Assembly (NCBI GenBank): GCA_037927135.1
Contig: JAXSPP010000003.1
Location: 104,471 to 167,524, forward strand
Source of the DNA: Candidatus Pampinifervens sinense
Lineage (GTDB): Bacteria; Aquificota; Aquificia; Aquificales; Aquificaceae
Direction: 5' to 3'
DNA: 63,054 bases
A program made the translations under genes and the position numbers. Below the pieces are notes generated by a model, which was not told the origin of the DNA, made no database searches, and was given only the letters and a program-made list of their open reading frames with translations. The first letter of the stretch is position 1, and each line of letters begins with the position of its first letter. Positions 50,919 through 60,701 of this stretch are shown here, piece after piece.

Positions 50919-52668
50919 CATAAAGGGCTGGCTAAAAAGGGAGTTCTTTCAAAGCTTGGAGATAACACCCTACTACCAGCCCATAATAGACCTATCAAAT
51001 TCAAAGGTTTTTGGATATGAGGCCCTCAGCAGATTCCTTCTCAAGGGAGAAAGTCTTCCACCTTCCAAGGTATTCCGTATGGCAGAAGAGATAGGCGTTT
51101 TGGGAGAGCTTGATATGATATGCAGGGAGAGGTCTGTTTTGATTTTTCCCAAAGGTTTAAACTCTCTCCTTTTCCTAAATGTCTCCCCTTCCTACCTTGC
51201 CTCCGAATACTTTGGTAAGAATAAGACCTTAGAGCTTGTGGAAAGTGTGGGCCTTAGGCCTGAGTCTGTGGTGCTTGAGCTTTCCGAGGTGGAAAGAGTA
51301 AAGGATGTGGAGCTTCTCAAGAGGGCCATAGGCCATTACAAAAGCCTTGGCTTTTTGGTAGGCATAGACGATATTGGCACTGGCTACAACTCCCTTCAAC
51401 TACTTTTGGAGCTAGATGGACATTTAGACTTTGTAAAGTTTCCAAGGGAGCTTGTAAGTGGTGTATCAAGGAGTAAGATAAAGTATCAACTGCTTAAGGT
51501 CCTCACAGAGGTGAGCCTTCAGATAGGCATAAGGCCCATATATGAGGGCGTGGAACAAGAAGAAGATGTAAAAACCCTTTACTATGACCTGAAGGCCTGC
51601 CTTTTCCAAGGCTTCTATTTTGCCAAGCCTATGCCTGCCACAGAGATAGTCAATTTTAAACCAAGCATAAGCCTAAGGCTAAGGGAAGAGGAAGACTACA
51701 TTCAAGGAGAGATGCCACTTACTATCAAACTGGAGCCAATGGAAAAGTTCCACAAGCTTTTGGAACTTTTAGAAAACTCTCAAAAAAGATACTTTTTGCT
51801 TGATGTAGGCCTTAAAAAGTTCCTCATAGACTCTTGGAAGCTAAAGTATAGCCTAAACCAAAAGCTACGGGACCTTTACTACTATAAGGACCTCAAGACA
51901 GTCATTGAAAGGCTACCTCACCTTTTTATGGACCTTGATAGCCTCCCATACCTTTCTCCAGAGGCCTTTAAGATAAGGAGCCTTCTTGAGGAGCTTTTGT
52001 CTTCTAAATATGACTTTTTGCTTATAAAGAGGGGCCAAGAGGTCCAAATACTTGAAAAACAACATCTTTTGGACCTTTTCTACAAGGAGCTTTCAAAGGA
52101 ACTCCTTGACAAAAACCCCCTCACCCAGCTTCCGGGCAATAGGGCCATAGGGGAAAAGATAGAAGAGCTATCAAAAAGGGGAGAAGATTTTTATGTGTGC
52201 TACTTGGACCTGGACAACTTTAAGGCCTTCAACGACACCTACGGCCTTTACCTTGGCGACCAGATGATTAAAAAGGTGGGCCTTTTCCTAAGCCTTTTTG
52301 AGAAGGAAGACCCAAACAAAAGGTTTGTGGGACACATTGGAGGGGATGACTTTATAATCCTGCTTTGGGGAGAAGATGTGAGCAAGCTTGTGGAGGAACT
52401 TTTGGATCTTATAAAAAACCTACAGAAGGAGCTTTTGGCCTTTTACAGCCAAGAGGACAGAGAAAGGGGCTACTTTGTGGGAAGGGACAGGGAGGAAAAC
52501 CTAAGGGAGTTTCCCATAGCCAGCATATCGGCCGTGCTTTTGAAAGGCTCTTCAGACCTTCTTGACCTTTCTAAGAGGTCTGCCAAATACAAAAAGCTTG
52601 TAAAGGCCCAGAGGGGAAGCGCCCTCTTTGTGGAGGATCTTAACCAAATCTTAACAATTGACCTGTAA
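50911..52668 (+). CDS. EAL + GGDEF (GGDDF variant) c-di-GMP metabolism protein
   Basis: YQPI, GYEALSR, FLNVSP, IDDIGTG, EGVE, QGFYFAKP; NPLTQLPGN, DLDNFKAFND, GHIGGDDF. Confidence 0.93.
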   Translation: MLDIKGWLKREFFQSLEITPYYQPIIDLSNSKVFGYEALSRFLLKGESLPPSKVFRMAEEIGVLGELDMICRERSVLIFPKGLNSLLFLNVSPSYLASEYFGKNKTLELVESVGLRPESVVLELSEVERVKDVELLKRAIGHYKSLGFLVGIDDIGTGYNSLQLLLELDGHLDFVKFPRELVSGVSRSKIKYQLLKVLTEVSLQIGIRPIYEGVEQEEDVKTLYYDLKACLFQGFYFAKPMPATEIVNFKPSISLRLREEEDYIQGEMPLTIKLEPMEKFHKLLELLENSQKRYFLLDVGLKKFLIDSWKLKYSLNQKLRDLYYYKDLKTVIERLPHLFMDLDSLPYLSPEAFKIRSLLEELLSSKYDFLLIKRGQEVQILEKQHLLDLFYKELSKELLDKNPLTQLPGNRAIGEKIEELSKRGEDFYVCYLDLDNFKAFNDTYGLYLGDQMIKKVGLFLSLFEKEDPNKRFVGHIGGDDFIILLWGEDVSKLVEELLDLIKNLQKELLAFYSQEDRERGYFVGRDREENLREFPIASISAVLLKGSSDLLDLSKRSAKYKKLVKAQRGSALFVEDLNQILTIDL

Positions 52669-52671
52669 ACT
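52639..52671 (+). promoter_or_regulatory. Pho-box-like element plus -10 box upstream of pstS (inside the 3' end of the EAL/GGDEF gene)
   Basis: CTTAACCAAATCTTAACAAT (52639-52658), 7 nt, TAAACT (52666-52671). Confidence 0.8.
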
Positions 52672-52701
52672 TATAGCAAAATCCTTATAGGAGGTGTTAA
52701 A

Positions 52702-53703
52702 ATGAAAAGAAGGATGCTAAAGAGTGCGGTCCTTTCTGTGGGAGCTTTGGCTCTTCTATCTACACCTGCAAAGGCACAGCAGGTCATCAAGATTGATGGC
52801 TCTTCTACCGTATACCCAATCACAGAAGGTGTGGCAGAAGAGTTTCAAAAGGCAAAGAAGGGTGCTGTAAAGGTAACTGTGGGTATATCTGGCACCGGCG
52901 GTGGCTTTAAGAAGTTCTGTAGGGGAGAGACGGACATATCCAACGCCTCAAGGCCCATAGTCAAGAAAGAGATGGAAGAGTGCAAAAAGAACGGCATTGA
53001 ATATATTGAGCTTCCCGTTGCCTACGATGGTTTGGCAGTTGTGGTAAACCCAAGGAACAACTGGGCCACTTGTATGACCGTAGAACAGCTAAGGGAGATA
53101 TGGAAGCCAGAATCTCAGGGTAAGAAGTTCCTGTGGTCAGACCTTGACCCCAAGTGGCCCAAGGAAGAGATAAAGCTCTGTGGACCTGGTTCTGACTCTG
53201 GAACCTTTGACTACTTTACAGAGGCTATAGTAGGAAAGGCAAAAGCTTCAAGGGGAGACTACACTGCCTCTGAAGATGACAACGTTTTGGTTCAGTTTGT
53301 CCAAAGGAACAGGGGAGCCCTTTGCTACTTTGGGCTTGCCTACGTGGAAGAGAACAAGGGCAAGGTAAAAGCAGTCCAGATAAAGAACCCCAAAACGGGC
53401 AAGTGTGTAGCTCCAAGCCTACAAACGGTCAAGTCTGGCGAATATCAACCCCTTTCAAGGCCACTATTCATATATGTAAACGCCAAATCCTTAGAGAGGC
53501 CAGAGGTTAAGGAGTTTGTAGAGTTCTACATTAAGAATGCAGGAAAGATAGCCAAGCAGGTAGGCTACATACCATTGCCCGACAAGGCATACAAAATGGT
53601 TGAGGAGCGCTTTAAGAAGGGTGTGAAGGGTACAGTATTTGGTGGTGAGCCAGAGGTAGGCCTCACCATTGAAGAACTTCTCAAAAGGGAAGCCAAACAA
53701 TGA
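52702..53703 (+). CDS. pstS: Phosphate ABC transporter substrate-binding protein
   Basis: Signal peptide, [38 protein letters not shown]. Confidence 0.95.
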   Translation: MKRRMLKSAVLSVGALALLSTPAKAQQVIKIDGSSTVYPITEGVAEEFQKAKKGAVKVTVGISGTGGGFKKFCRGETDISNASRPIVKKEMEECKKNGIEYIELPVAYDGLAVVVNPRNNWATCMTVEQLREIWKPESQGKKFLWSDLDPKWPKEEIKLCGPGSDSGTFDYFTEAIVGKAKASRGDYTASEDDNVLVQFVQRNRGALCYFGLAYVEENKGKVKAVQIKNPKTGKCVAPSLQTVKSGEYQPLSRPLFIYVNAKSLERPEVKEFVEFYIKNAGKIAKQVGYIPLPDKAYKMVEERFKKGVKGTVFGGEPEVGLTIEELLKREAKQ

Positions 53704-54623
53704 CCCTATCAATAGGAGCCAAAAAGACCATCGATGTAGCAGTTTACATATTCCTCATGCTTATGGGGGCGGTCTCCATACTGGTGACTGCCTCCATTAT
53801 ATGGGTTCTTCTTGTGGATACTATAAAGTTCTTTACCCACCCCGAAGGGGGTGGCTTCCCTACCTCTCTAATTAGATTTTTTACAGAAAAGGAATGGACA
53901 CCAACCTTCTACAACAAACAGATAGGCATATGGCCCTTGCTGAACGGCACCTTTATGATAGCGGGCATATCTATGCTGGTTGCTGTACCCTTAGGCCTTG
54001 TAGTAGCCATATATCTGAGTGAATACGCTAGTTGGAAGGTAAGGGAAACGGTAAAGCCATGGCTAGACTTCCTTGAGGCTGTGCCTACCGTTGTTTACGG
54101 CTACTTTGCCCTTTTGTTTGTTACCCCCCTTCTTCAAAAGTTTTTTGCTCTATTTGGAATAGAGATGGAAGGCATGAACGCCTTATCGCCTGGTATAGTC
54201 ATAGGTATCATGATCCTTCCCTTCACAGCCTCCATGGTAGAGGATGCTCTAAAGGGTGTGCCCCAGTATCTCAGAGAAGCTTCTTATGCTTTGGGGGCTT
54301 CCAAGTTAAGGACTGCCCTTTTTGTGGTCCTTCCCGCGGCAAAGTCTGGCGTATTGTCCGCTTACCTTTTGGGCTTCTCTAGAGCAATAGGAGAGACGAT
54401 GGTGGTGGCTGTGGCGGCTGGAATGTACCCCCAGATAACCGCAAACCCCTTAGAGCCAGTCCAAACCATAACAGGCTATATAGTGCAGGTAGCCCTGGGA
54501 GACCTACCCTTCAACTCCTTTGAATACCTTTCCATCTTTGCCGCCGGCATGGTACTGTTTGTAATAACCTTGATCTTCAACTCAATAGCCGTTTATCTAA
54601 AATCCAAGGTGGTAGGGTACTAA
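53700..54623 (+). CDS. pstC: Phosphate ABC transporter permease
   Basis: [35 protein letters not shown]. Confidence 0.94.
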   Translation: MTLSIGAKKTIDVAVYIFLMLMGAVSILVTASIIWVLLVDTIKFFTHPEGGGFPTSLIRFFTEKEWTPTFYNKQIGIWPLLNGTFMIAGISMLVAVPLGLVVAIYLSEYASWKVRETVKPWLDFLEAVPTVVYGYFALLFVTPLLQKFFALFGIEMEGMNALSPGIVIGIMILPFTASMVEDALKGVPQYLREASYALGASKLRTALFVVLPAAKSGVLSAYLLGFSRAIGETMVVAVAAGMYPQITANPLEPVQTITGYIVQVALGDLPFNSFEYLSIFAAGMVLFVITLIFNSIAVYLKSKVVGY

Positions 54624-54624
54624 A

Positions 54625-55545
54625 ATGGAGCTTCAAGAAAAGTTAAGCGAGTTTAACATTGAGGGCTATGTAAAGGGTGTAAGGCTAAAGGATAAGGTTT
54701 TTGAGATAGTAGGTCTTATTGCCACCTTTTTGGTGCTTACCTTCCTCTTTGCCGTGAGCATAGACCTACTTATAGACGGCTGGATAAGGCTAAAGGATCC
54801 CAACTTCTACACCTCTTTCCCCTCCCGTTTTCCAGAGGAGGCTGGCATCCTTTCCGCATGGGTAGGGACACTTTATGTGATGGCTGGTGCCATCTTTTGG
54901 GCTGTGGTTCTTGGCATACCGGCGGGCATATATCTTGAAGAGTATGGAGGGAAGGGTAAAATAGCCAAGATAATAGAGGCCAACATAGCAAATCTTGCTG
55001 CAGTTCCTTCCATAGTTTACGGGCTTTTGGCTTTAGGTGTCTTTGTATACAGGCTAAAGTTTGGGGAGAGTATACTTACCGCTGGCCTCACCTTGGGCCT
55101 TCTTATGCTTCCTGTGGTGGTTGTAGCAACACGAGAATCTATAAGGAGGATACCAAGGTCCATAAGGGAGGCTGCCTATGCCCTTGGTGCCACAAGGTGG
55201 GAAACGCTGATCCATCACATACTACCCTACTCGGCAGGTGGTATACTCACAGGGCTTATAATAGCCGCCTCCAGGGCTATAGGAGAGACGGCACCCCTTA
55301 TAACCATAGGAGCTCTCACCTTTATAGCCTTTTTACCCCCTAAGCCTTGGGAAGACTTTATAGGCATGCTAAAATCACCCTTTACAGTCTTGCCCATTCA
55401 GATGTTCAACTGGGTCTCAAGGCCTCAGGAAGAATTCCATACTAACGCAGCAGCGGCAGGCTTTGTGCTTTTAATAATTGCCCTTTTGATGAACTCTATA
55501 GCCTTTTATCTGAGGTACAAAGTGAGGAGGAAGTACCAATGGTAA
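54625..55545 (+). CDS. pstA: Phosphate ABC transporter permease
   Basis: [28 protein letters not shown]. Confidence 0.94.
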   Translation: MELQEKLSEFNIEGYVKGVRLKDKVFEIVGLIATFLVLTFLFAVSIDLLIDGWIRLKDPNFYTSFPSRFPEEAGILSAWVGTLYVMAGAIFWAVVLGIPAGIYLEEYGGKGKIAKIIEANIANLAAVPSIVYGLLALGVFVYRLKFGESILTAGLTLGLLMLPVVVVATRESIRRIPRSIREAAYALGATRWETLIHHILPYSAGGILTGLIIAASRAIGETAPLITIGALTFIAFLPPKPWEDFIGMLKSPFTVLPIQMFNWVSRPQEEFHTNAAAAGFVLLIIALLMNSIAFYLRYKVRRKYQW

Positions 55546-56357
55546 ACCCTGTTAAAATGTTAGAGGAGAGGAAGGTGATGCAGAGCGCTGCAGCCAACAC
55601 CCTTAAGATTGAGGTGAAAAACTTCAACTTCTATTATGGGAACTTCCAAGCTCTAAAAAACATAAACTTCCCCATATATGAAAAGAAGATCACGGCCATA
55701 ATAGGTCCCTCCGGCTGTGGAAAGACGACCCTCTTGAGGGCTTTCAACCGCATGCATGACCTCTATCCTGGTGCCAGGTATGAAGGTGAGATAATCCTTT
55801 ACCCCGATGGTTTAAACCTTGTGGACAAAAGGACGGACCCTCTTAAAGTACGCATGAGGATAGGCATGGTCTTTCAAAAGCCAAACCCCTTTCCCAAGAG
55901 CATATACGAGAACGTGGCCTACGGCCTAAAGATAAGGGGAATAAAGAAGAAGAGCCTTCTTGATGAAGCAGTAGAAAAGGCTCTAAAGGCAGCAGCCCTA
56001 TGGGATGAGGTAAAGGATAGGCTTCATGCCAACGCCTACTCTTTATCCGGTGGCCAACAGCAAAGGTTATGTATAGCAAGGGCCATAGCGGTAGAGCCGG
56101 AGGTTTTGCTCTTTGATGAGCCAACTTCGGCCCTTGATCCCATATCCACAGCTAAGATAGAGGACCTGATAGTAGAATTAAAGAACAGAGTCACCATAGT
56201 CATAGTCACCCACAACATGCAACAGGCGGCAAGGATTTCTGACTACACAGCCTTTATGTACCTTGGCGAGCTTATAGAGTTTGGCCCAACGGAGAAGATC
56301 TTTACAAAGCCAGACAAAAAGCTCACAGAAGACTATATTACAGGAAGGTTCGGTTAA
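55539..56357 (+). CDS. pstB: Phosphate ABC transporter ATP-binding protein
   Basis: [48 protein letters not shown]. Confidence 0.97.
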   Translation: MVNPVKMLEERKVMQSAAANTLKIEVKNFNFYYGNFQALKNINFPIYEKKITAIIGPSGCGKTTLLRAFNRMHDLYPGARYEGEIILYPDGLNLVDKRTDPLKVRMRIGMVFQKPNPFPKSIYENVAYGLKIRGIKKKSLLDEAVEKALKAAALWDEVKDRLHANAYSLSGGQQQRLCIARAIAVEPEVLLFDEPTSALDPISTAKIEDLIVELKNRVTIVIVTHNMQQAARISDYTAFMYLGELIEFGPTEKIFTKPDKKLTEDYITGRFG

Positions 56358-56366
56358 AATATCTTT

Positions 56367-56774
56367 GTGTTCTCTTACCAAAGGCGCGTGCAGTTTTATG
56401 AAACTGATGCCCAAGGTATAGTGCATCATTCCAATTACTTTAGATACTTTGAAGAGGCAAGGGGAGAGCTTTTAAGATCCTTGGGTCTTCCCTATTCTAA
56501 GCTAAGGGAGGAGGGCTATGAGGTGGTTTTGCTCAGCGCCTCCTGTGAATTTCTAAAGCCCTTGTATTATGATGAAATGTTTACCATAGAACTGAACCTT
56601 TCCCACATAGACCGCTTTACCTTCTCCTTTGAATACCTTTTGAAGTCTTCAGAGATTCCAAAGGCCAAGGGCTACACAAAGCATTGTATCTTAAAGGAAG
56701 GAAGACTTGTATCAATACCAAAGCATATAAAAGAGAGGATCAACCAATTCTTTTCAAATCCCTGTAAGCGTTGA
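56367..56774 (+). CDS. YbgC/4HBT-family acyl-CoA thioesterase
   Basis: ETDAQGIVHHSNYFRYFEEAR; GTG start. Confidence 0.9.
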   Translation: MFSYQRRVQFYETDAQGIVHHSNYFRYFEEARGELLRSLGLPYSKLREEGYEVVLLSASCEFLKPLYYDEMFTIELNLSHIDRFTFSFEYLLKSSEIPKAKGYTKHCILKEGRLVSIPKHIKERINQFFSNPCKR

Positions 56775-56952
56775 GAAAGCCAGAGATTATACCAATAAAG
56801 AAGAAGAATAAAAGGCCAAAGGGAAAGGTCTTTACATTAAAGAACCCCTCCATGAGCCACCTGTCAAAGGCATAACCCACCAAAAGCCCAGCTATTATAC
56901 CACCCACAAGATTAAGCCCTACATTGAGAGCCAAAAAATCTTTACCCTTCAT
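56740..56952 (-). CDS. AtpZ/AtpI-family ATP synthase accessory membrane protein
   Basis: GLLVGYAFDRW...PFGLLFFFFIGIISGFLN pattern. Confidence 0.8.
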   Translation of the reverse strand: MKGKDFLALNVGLNLVGGIIAGLLVGYAFDRWLMEGFFNVKTFPFGLLFFFFIGIISGFLNAYRDLKRIG

Positions 56953-56975
56953 TAACTATTACTATAATGGCCAAG

Positions 56976-59822
56976 CTAAGAACTTTCAAGAACTTGTTTT
57001 ATCAAACTTTCTATCCTTTCCTCCAAATCCTCAAGAGGTATAGTCTGAACCTTCTTCCCTTTTAAAAAGACATCTACAGCCAGTTTTACCTCTCCGTTTA
57101 TCTTTACTTTTGTACCCACAAAGCCAAGGTCTCCTGTACCATGCTGTCCACAACCCTTGGCACAACCAGACCAGTGCATACGTAAGGGTAAGTGGGTTGG
57201 CATCTTTTGAGACAGATAATGGGCAAGCCTTAAGGCGTCCGGTTTGTTTTCAATTACTCCAAAGGCGCAGGTCTCACTCCCTTGACAGGCTATAAGGCCT
57301 GTAAGGTATGGGGAGGCACTGGTTGGATATTTGTTAAAGATTGGGTCCGAAAGTAGCTCTTCCAAGTGTTCCTCTGGAACGTTTACAAGGTATATGTTCT
57401 GATAGACGGATAGCCTTAGCTCACCGCTTCCGTACTTCCTTGAAAGGTATGCCAGCCTTTCCAAATCCTCCCCTGTAAAAATGCCCGCAGGCACCACTAA
57501 GCTAACGGCATAGAGGCCGTTCTTTTGCCTGATTATTCCAGTCCTTTCACCCACCCTCTCTACCAAATCCTCTCCCTTTCTCCAAAGATTCCTTAAAAGC
57601 CTTCTTTCTATCTCCCTTCTAAAACCTTCCACACCCAGCTCTTCTATCAAGAAGTAGAGCCTGTTCTTTGTTCTATCTTCTCTGTTTCCCATGTCTGAAT
57701 ATATCTCAAGCACTGCCTTAGTTATATCTATGGCTTCATAGGGAAGGACAAAGATGTCTAGATCAAGGGCCTCTACAGGGCCACCGGACCCTATCTTACC
57801 ACCCGCATAAACGTTAAAGCCGTAGATATTGTCCTTTTTTGCCAGATAAAAGCAAAGGTCGTTATACTTGCAGTTTATACTATCTGTTTTTGAACCTACC
57901 AAGCCCAGGTTAAACTTCCTTGGAAGGTCCGCATACTGTCTTTTGCCTAGGAAAAGCTCCGTTATTCTTTTGCTTATGGGTATGGTGTCTATGATTGAGT
58001 CTTCCACAAGGCCCGATAGGGGGTCTCCTGTAATGTTTCTTACGTTGTCCATACCCGTCTGTAGAGTTGTAAGCCCCACCCTTTCTATGGCTGAGAGAAC
58101 TTCCGGAAGGTCCTTTAACTCTATCCATCTTAGCTGTATCTGTTCCCTTGAGGTGAGGTCTATCTGGTTCCTTCCAAACCTCTTAGAAAGGTATGCTATA
58201 ACCCTTGCCTGGTCTGCGTTTAACTTTCCATGGGTAATTCTAATCCTAACCATAAAGTAGCCTGGTGTGGCCTTCCTGTAAAAGATGCCATACCACTTTA
58301 GTCCATACTCCCTGTCCTCTTCCGGCACCCTTTGCCAATCTCCATGCTCCCTTGCCCAAACCTCAAGCTTTTCCCTAAGGTTTATATCAAAAGGATGTCT
58401 ACTTCTCTTGTATTCTTCTACTTTGTTTACCTTTGCTGGCCTTACCTTTACATGCTCTTTTAGTATGCTTTCAATGGTTGGCATACACCCACCGCAGGAA
58501 GTGGAAGCTTTTGTGAGAGCTTGGATATCTTCAACAGTTTTAGCTCCGCTTTTTATGGCCTCAAGTATCCTTCCGTAAGAGACGGCGTTGCAGTTGCAAA
58601 CAAGGTCCTCTGGCTTAAAGGTGATTTTTACCTCTTCCTTTACAAGGTCCTTTATAAGGAAGTGTGGCTTTATGTTTTCTACGCTCTTTCCCGTCCTGAT
58701 GAGGTCCAATAGGCCTTCGCTTCCTGCCAAGTCTCCAAGCAGTATGGCACCCACAAGCCTACCATCCCTCACAATGGCCTTCCTATACCTGGAGCCGTCC
58801 TTAAAGAGGATCACCTCATCCCCCTCCCTTTCCTGAATCTCCCCCACCGACATAAGCCTTACTCCAGCTACCTTTAGGATGGCATGGCTTAAGGACCCTT
58901 CGTACCTTTCCACATTGCCATAAAGTATGTTTTTTGCACACACCTTAACCTGCTCCATTATGGGAGCCAAAAGCCCGTAGGTCTTTCCTCTATGCTCTAT
59001 GCAATCGCCTATGGCGTACACATCCTGCTCCGATGTCTCAAGAAAATCATCTACAAGCACACCCCTACCCACCCTTATGCCAGAGTTCTTTGCCAGATCC
59101 ACATTGGGCACCACGCCCGTGGCTATTATGACCATATCAGTCTCTATCTCCTCCCCATCGGAGAACCTCACACGACTAACCTTCTTCTCTCCAACTATCT
59201 CCTCCGTCCTTTTTGAAAGCAAAACCTTTATGCCAAAGCCCTCAAGGCTTTTCTTAAGCATATCGCTGGCTGTTTTGTCAATGTATTGTTCCATAAGCAC
59301 GTCAAAAAGGTGAACCAGATAAACATCAAGGCCTATATCTTTTAGGGCCTTTGCACACTCAAGGCCAAGGAGACCACCCCCTATTACCACAGCCCTTTTT
59401 GAAACCCTCGCCAGCTCCATTATGCCATACACATCCCTTATACTCCTAAAGGTAAAGACCCCCTTCTTATCCACACCTTTTATAGGTGGTACCTTAGGAA
59501 GGCTTCCAGTTGCTATAACCAGCTTATCGTAGGGATAAAGCTTCCCATCGGAAGTTAGCAAAAGCTTCTTCCAAGGTAATACCTTTTCAACCTTTTCACC
59601 TATATGTAGCTTTACACCATGCTCTTTGTAGTAGCTCCACCTGTTTATAACTATCTGGCTAAAGAGCTTTTTACCGCTGAGGATATCTGCCAGATGTATT
59701 CTGTTATAGCTTAAGGTCCTTTCCTCACCAAAGACATGTATTTCAATGTCTCCGCTTAGCCTTATGAGCTCCTCAACCAAAGCAGTGCTTGCCATACCGT
59801 TTCCCACAATTACCACCCTCAT
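56976..59822 (-). CDS. Assimilatory nitrite reductase: NAD(P)H/FAD module, BFD [2Fe-2S] and siroheme/[4Fe-4S] domain
   Basis: VGNGMA, ATGS, GGGLLGLE; CNCNAV...CGGC; GMDNVRN, LPRKFN, ACQGSETC, SGCAKGCG. Confidence 0.88.
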   Translation of the reverse strand: MRVVIVGNGMASTALVEELIRLSGDIEIHVFGEERTLSYNRIHLADILSGKKLFSQIVINRWSYYKEHGVKLHIGEKVEKVLPWKKLLLTSDGKLYPYDKLVIATGSLPKVPPIKGVDKKGVFTFRSIRDVYGIMELARVSKRAVVIGGGLLGLECAKALKDIGLDVYLVHLFDVLMEQYIDKTASDMLKKSLEGFGIKVLLSKRTEEIVGEKKVSRVRFSDGEEIETDMVIIATGVVPNVDLAKNSGIRVGRGVLVDDFLETSEQDVYAIGDCIEHRGKTYGLLAPIMEQVKVCAKNILYGNVERYEGSLSHAILKVAGVRLMSVGEIQEREGDEVILFKDGSRYRKAIVRDGRLVGAILLGDLAGSEGLLDLIRTGKSVENIKPHFLIKDLVKEEVKITFKPEDLVCNCNAVSYGRILEAIKSGAKTVEDIQALTKASTSCGGCMPTIESILKEHVKVRPAKVNKVEEYKRSRHPFDINLREKLEVWAREHGDWQRVPEEDREYGLKWYGIFYRKATPGYFMVRIRITHGKLNADQARVIAYLSKRFGRNQIDLTSREQIQLRWIELKDLPEVLSAIERVGLTTLQTGMDNVRNITGDPLSGLVEDSIIDTIPISKRITELFLGKRQYADLPRKFNLGLVGSKTDSINCKYNDLCFYLAKKDNIYGFNVYAGGKIGSGGPVEALDLDIFVLPYEAIDITKAVLEIYSDMGNREDRTKNRLYFLIEELGVEGFRREIERRLLRNLWRKGEDLVERVGERTGIIRQKNGLYAVSLVVPAGIFTGEDLERLAYLSRKYGSGELRLSVYQNIYLVNVPEEHLEELLSDPIFNKYPTSASPYLTGLIACQGSETCAFGVIENKPDALRLAHYLSQKMPTHLPLRMHWSGCAKGCGQHGTGDLGFVGTKVKINGEVKLAVDVFLKGKKVQTIPLEDLEERIESLIKQVLESS

Positions 59823-59846
59823 GGAACACCTCCTATCCCTTGTCTA

Positions 59847-59862
59847 TGCAAGGAGCTTGCCA
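59847..59862 (-). promoter_or_regulatory. Sigma-54 (-24/-12) promoter of the nitrite reductase
   Basis: Minus strand TGGCAA-GCTCC-TTGCA fits TGGCAC-N5-TTGCW. Confidence 0.85.
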
Positions 59863-59941
59863 ACTGGGTCCTTTTGAGGTCCTTTATTTTAAACCCTTGG
59901 CTTAAAGTGGCATATCCTTAAGGTTAACACTTTAACAATTT

Positions 59942-59957
59942 TGTAAACAATTTTACA
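59942..59957. promoter_or_regulatory. Palindromic enhancer site TGT-N10-ACA
   Basis: TGTAAA-CAAT-TTTACA, midway between two divergent sigma-54 promoters. Confidence 0.65.
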
Positions 59958-60022
59958 ACAATGTAGTGATGCTTTTTTATAAAAAACCAAGTTCGCACAA
60001 GTCTTTTATAGGGGTGTGAGGC

Positions 60023-60038
60023 TGGTATAAAGTTTGCA
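60023..60038 (+). promoter_or_regulatory. Sigma-54 promoter of the PII/nitrate transporter operon
   Basis: TGGTAT-AAAGT-TTGCA with GG and GC at correct -24/-12 spacing. Confidence 0.8.
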
Positions 60039-60063
60039 TATAAAAGGGGTGAGGAGGTGAGCC

Positions 60064-60378
60064 ATGAGGGAAGAAACAAAGATGGCCCTGAAGGAGCTTG
60101 TGGTGATAGTAAGGAGAGAAAAGAGTGCGGAGGTGAAAAGCTTTCTATCATCCATGGGGCTTGATTATGTGTCCAAAACTGTGAAGGGAAGGGGTAAGGA
60201 GGGGGGCTTGGGGTACAAAACAAACAAGGGAGTTATCATGTCCCTTCTGCCAAAGACCCTTATACTCACCTGGGTGGAGGAGGCCCTTTATGAAGAGGTG
60301 ATTGAAAAGATCATGGATATAGCCCATACGGGCTTTTATGGTGATGGAAAGATCTTTGTGATAGGAGGTTGGTCATGA
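60064..60378 (+). CDS. PII-family regulator (NifI2-like)
   Basis: VKGRGKEGG, LLPKTLI, TGFYGDGKIFV; SD GAGGAGGTG. Confidence 0.85.
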   Translation: MREETKMALKELVVIVRREKSAEVKSFLSSMGLDYVSKTVKGRGKEGGLGYKTNKGVIMSLLPKTLILTWVEEALYEEVIEKIMDIAHTGFYGDGKIFVIGGWS

Positions 60379-60701
60379 GGATGATAAAGGCTGTTATAAG
60401 GCCAGAGAAGCTTTATGAAGTGATGAGGGCTTTGGAAAAGGAAGGCTTTAAAGGTATAACGGTGATGGATGTGGTGGGAAGGGGAAAAGAGGGCGGCGTT
60501 CAGGTGGGAGAAAAAAGCTACGATGAGCTTGCGAAGACTCTCATAATGATAGCAGTTGAGGATGAGTATTCGGACAAAGTTGTAGACATTATAACAAGGC
60601 ACGCAAATACGGGTATGTTTGGAGATGGGAAGGTTTTTGTCTGTCAGCTTGAAGAGGTTTGGACCATAAGAACGGGCAAAAGGGAGGTGCACCATGGATA
60701 G
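60375..60701 (+). CDS. PII-family regulator (NifI1-like)
   Basis: MIKAVIRPEK, DVVGRGKEGG...YDELAK, TGMFGDGKVFV, IRTG. Confidence 0.9.
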   Translation: MRMIKAVIRPEKLYEVMRALEKEGFKGITVMDVVGRGKEGGVQVGEKSYDELAKTLIMIAVEDEYSDKVVDIITRHANTGMFGDGKVFVCQLEEVWTIRTGKREVHHG

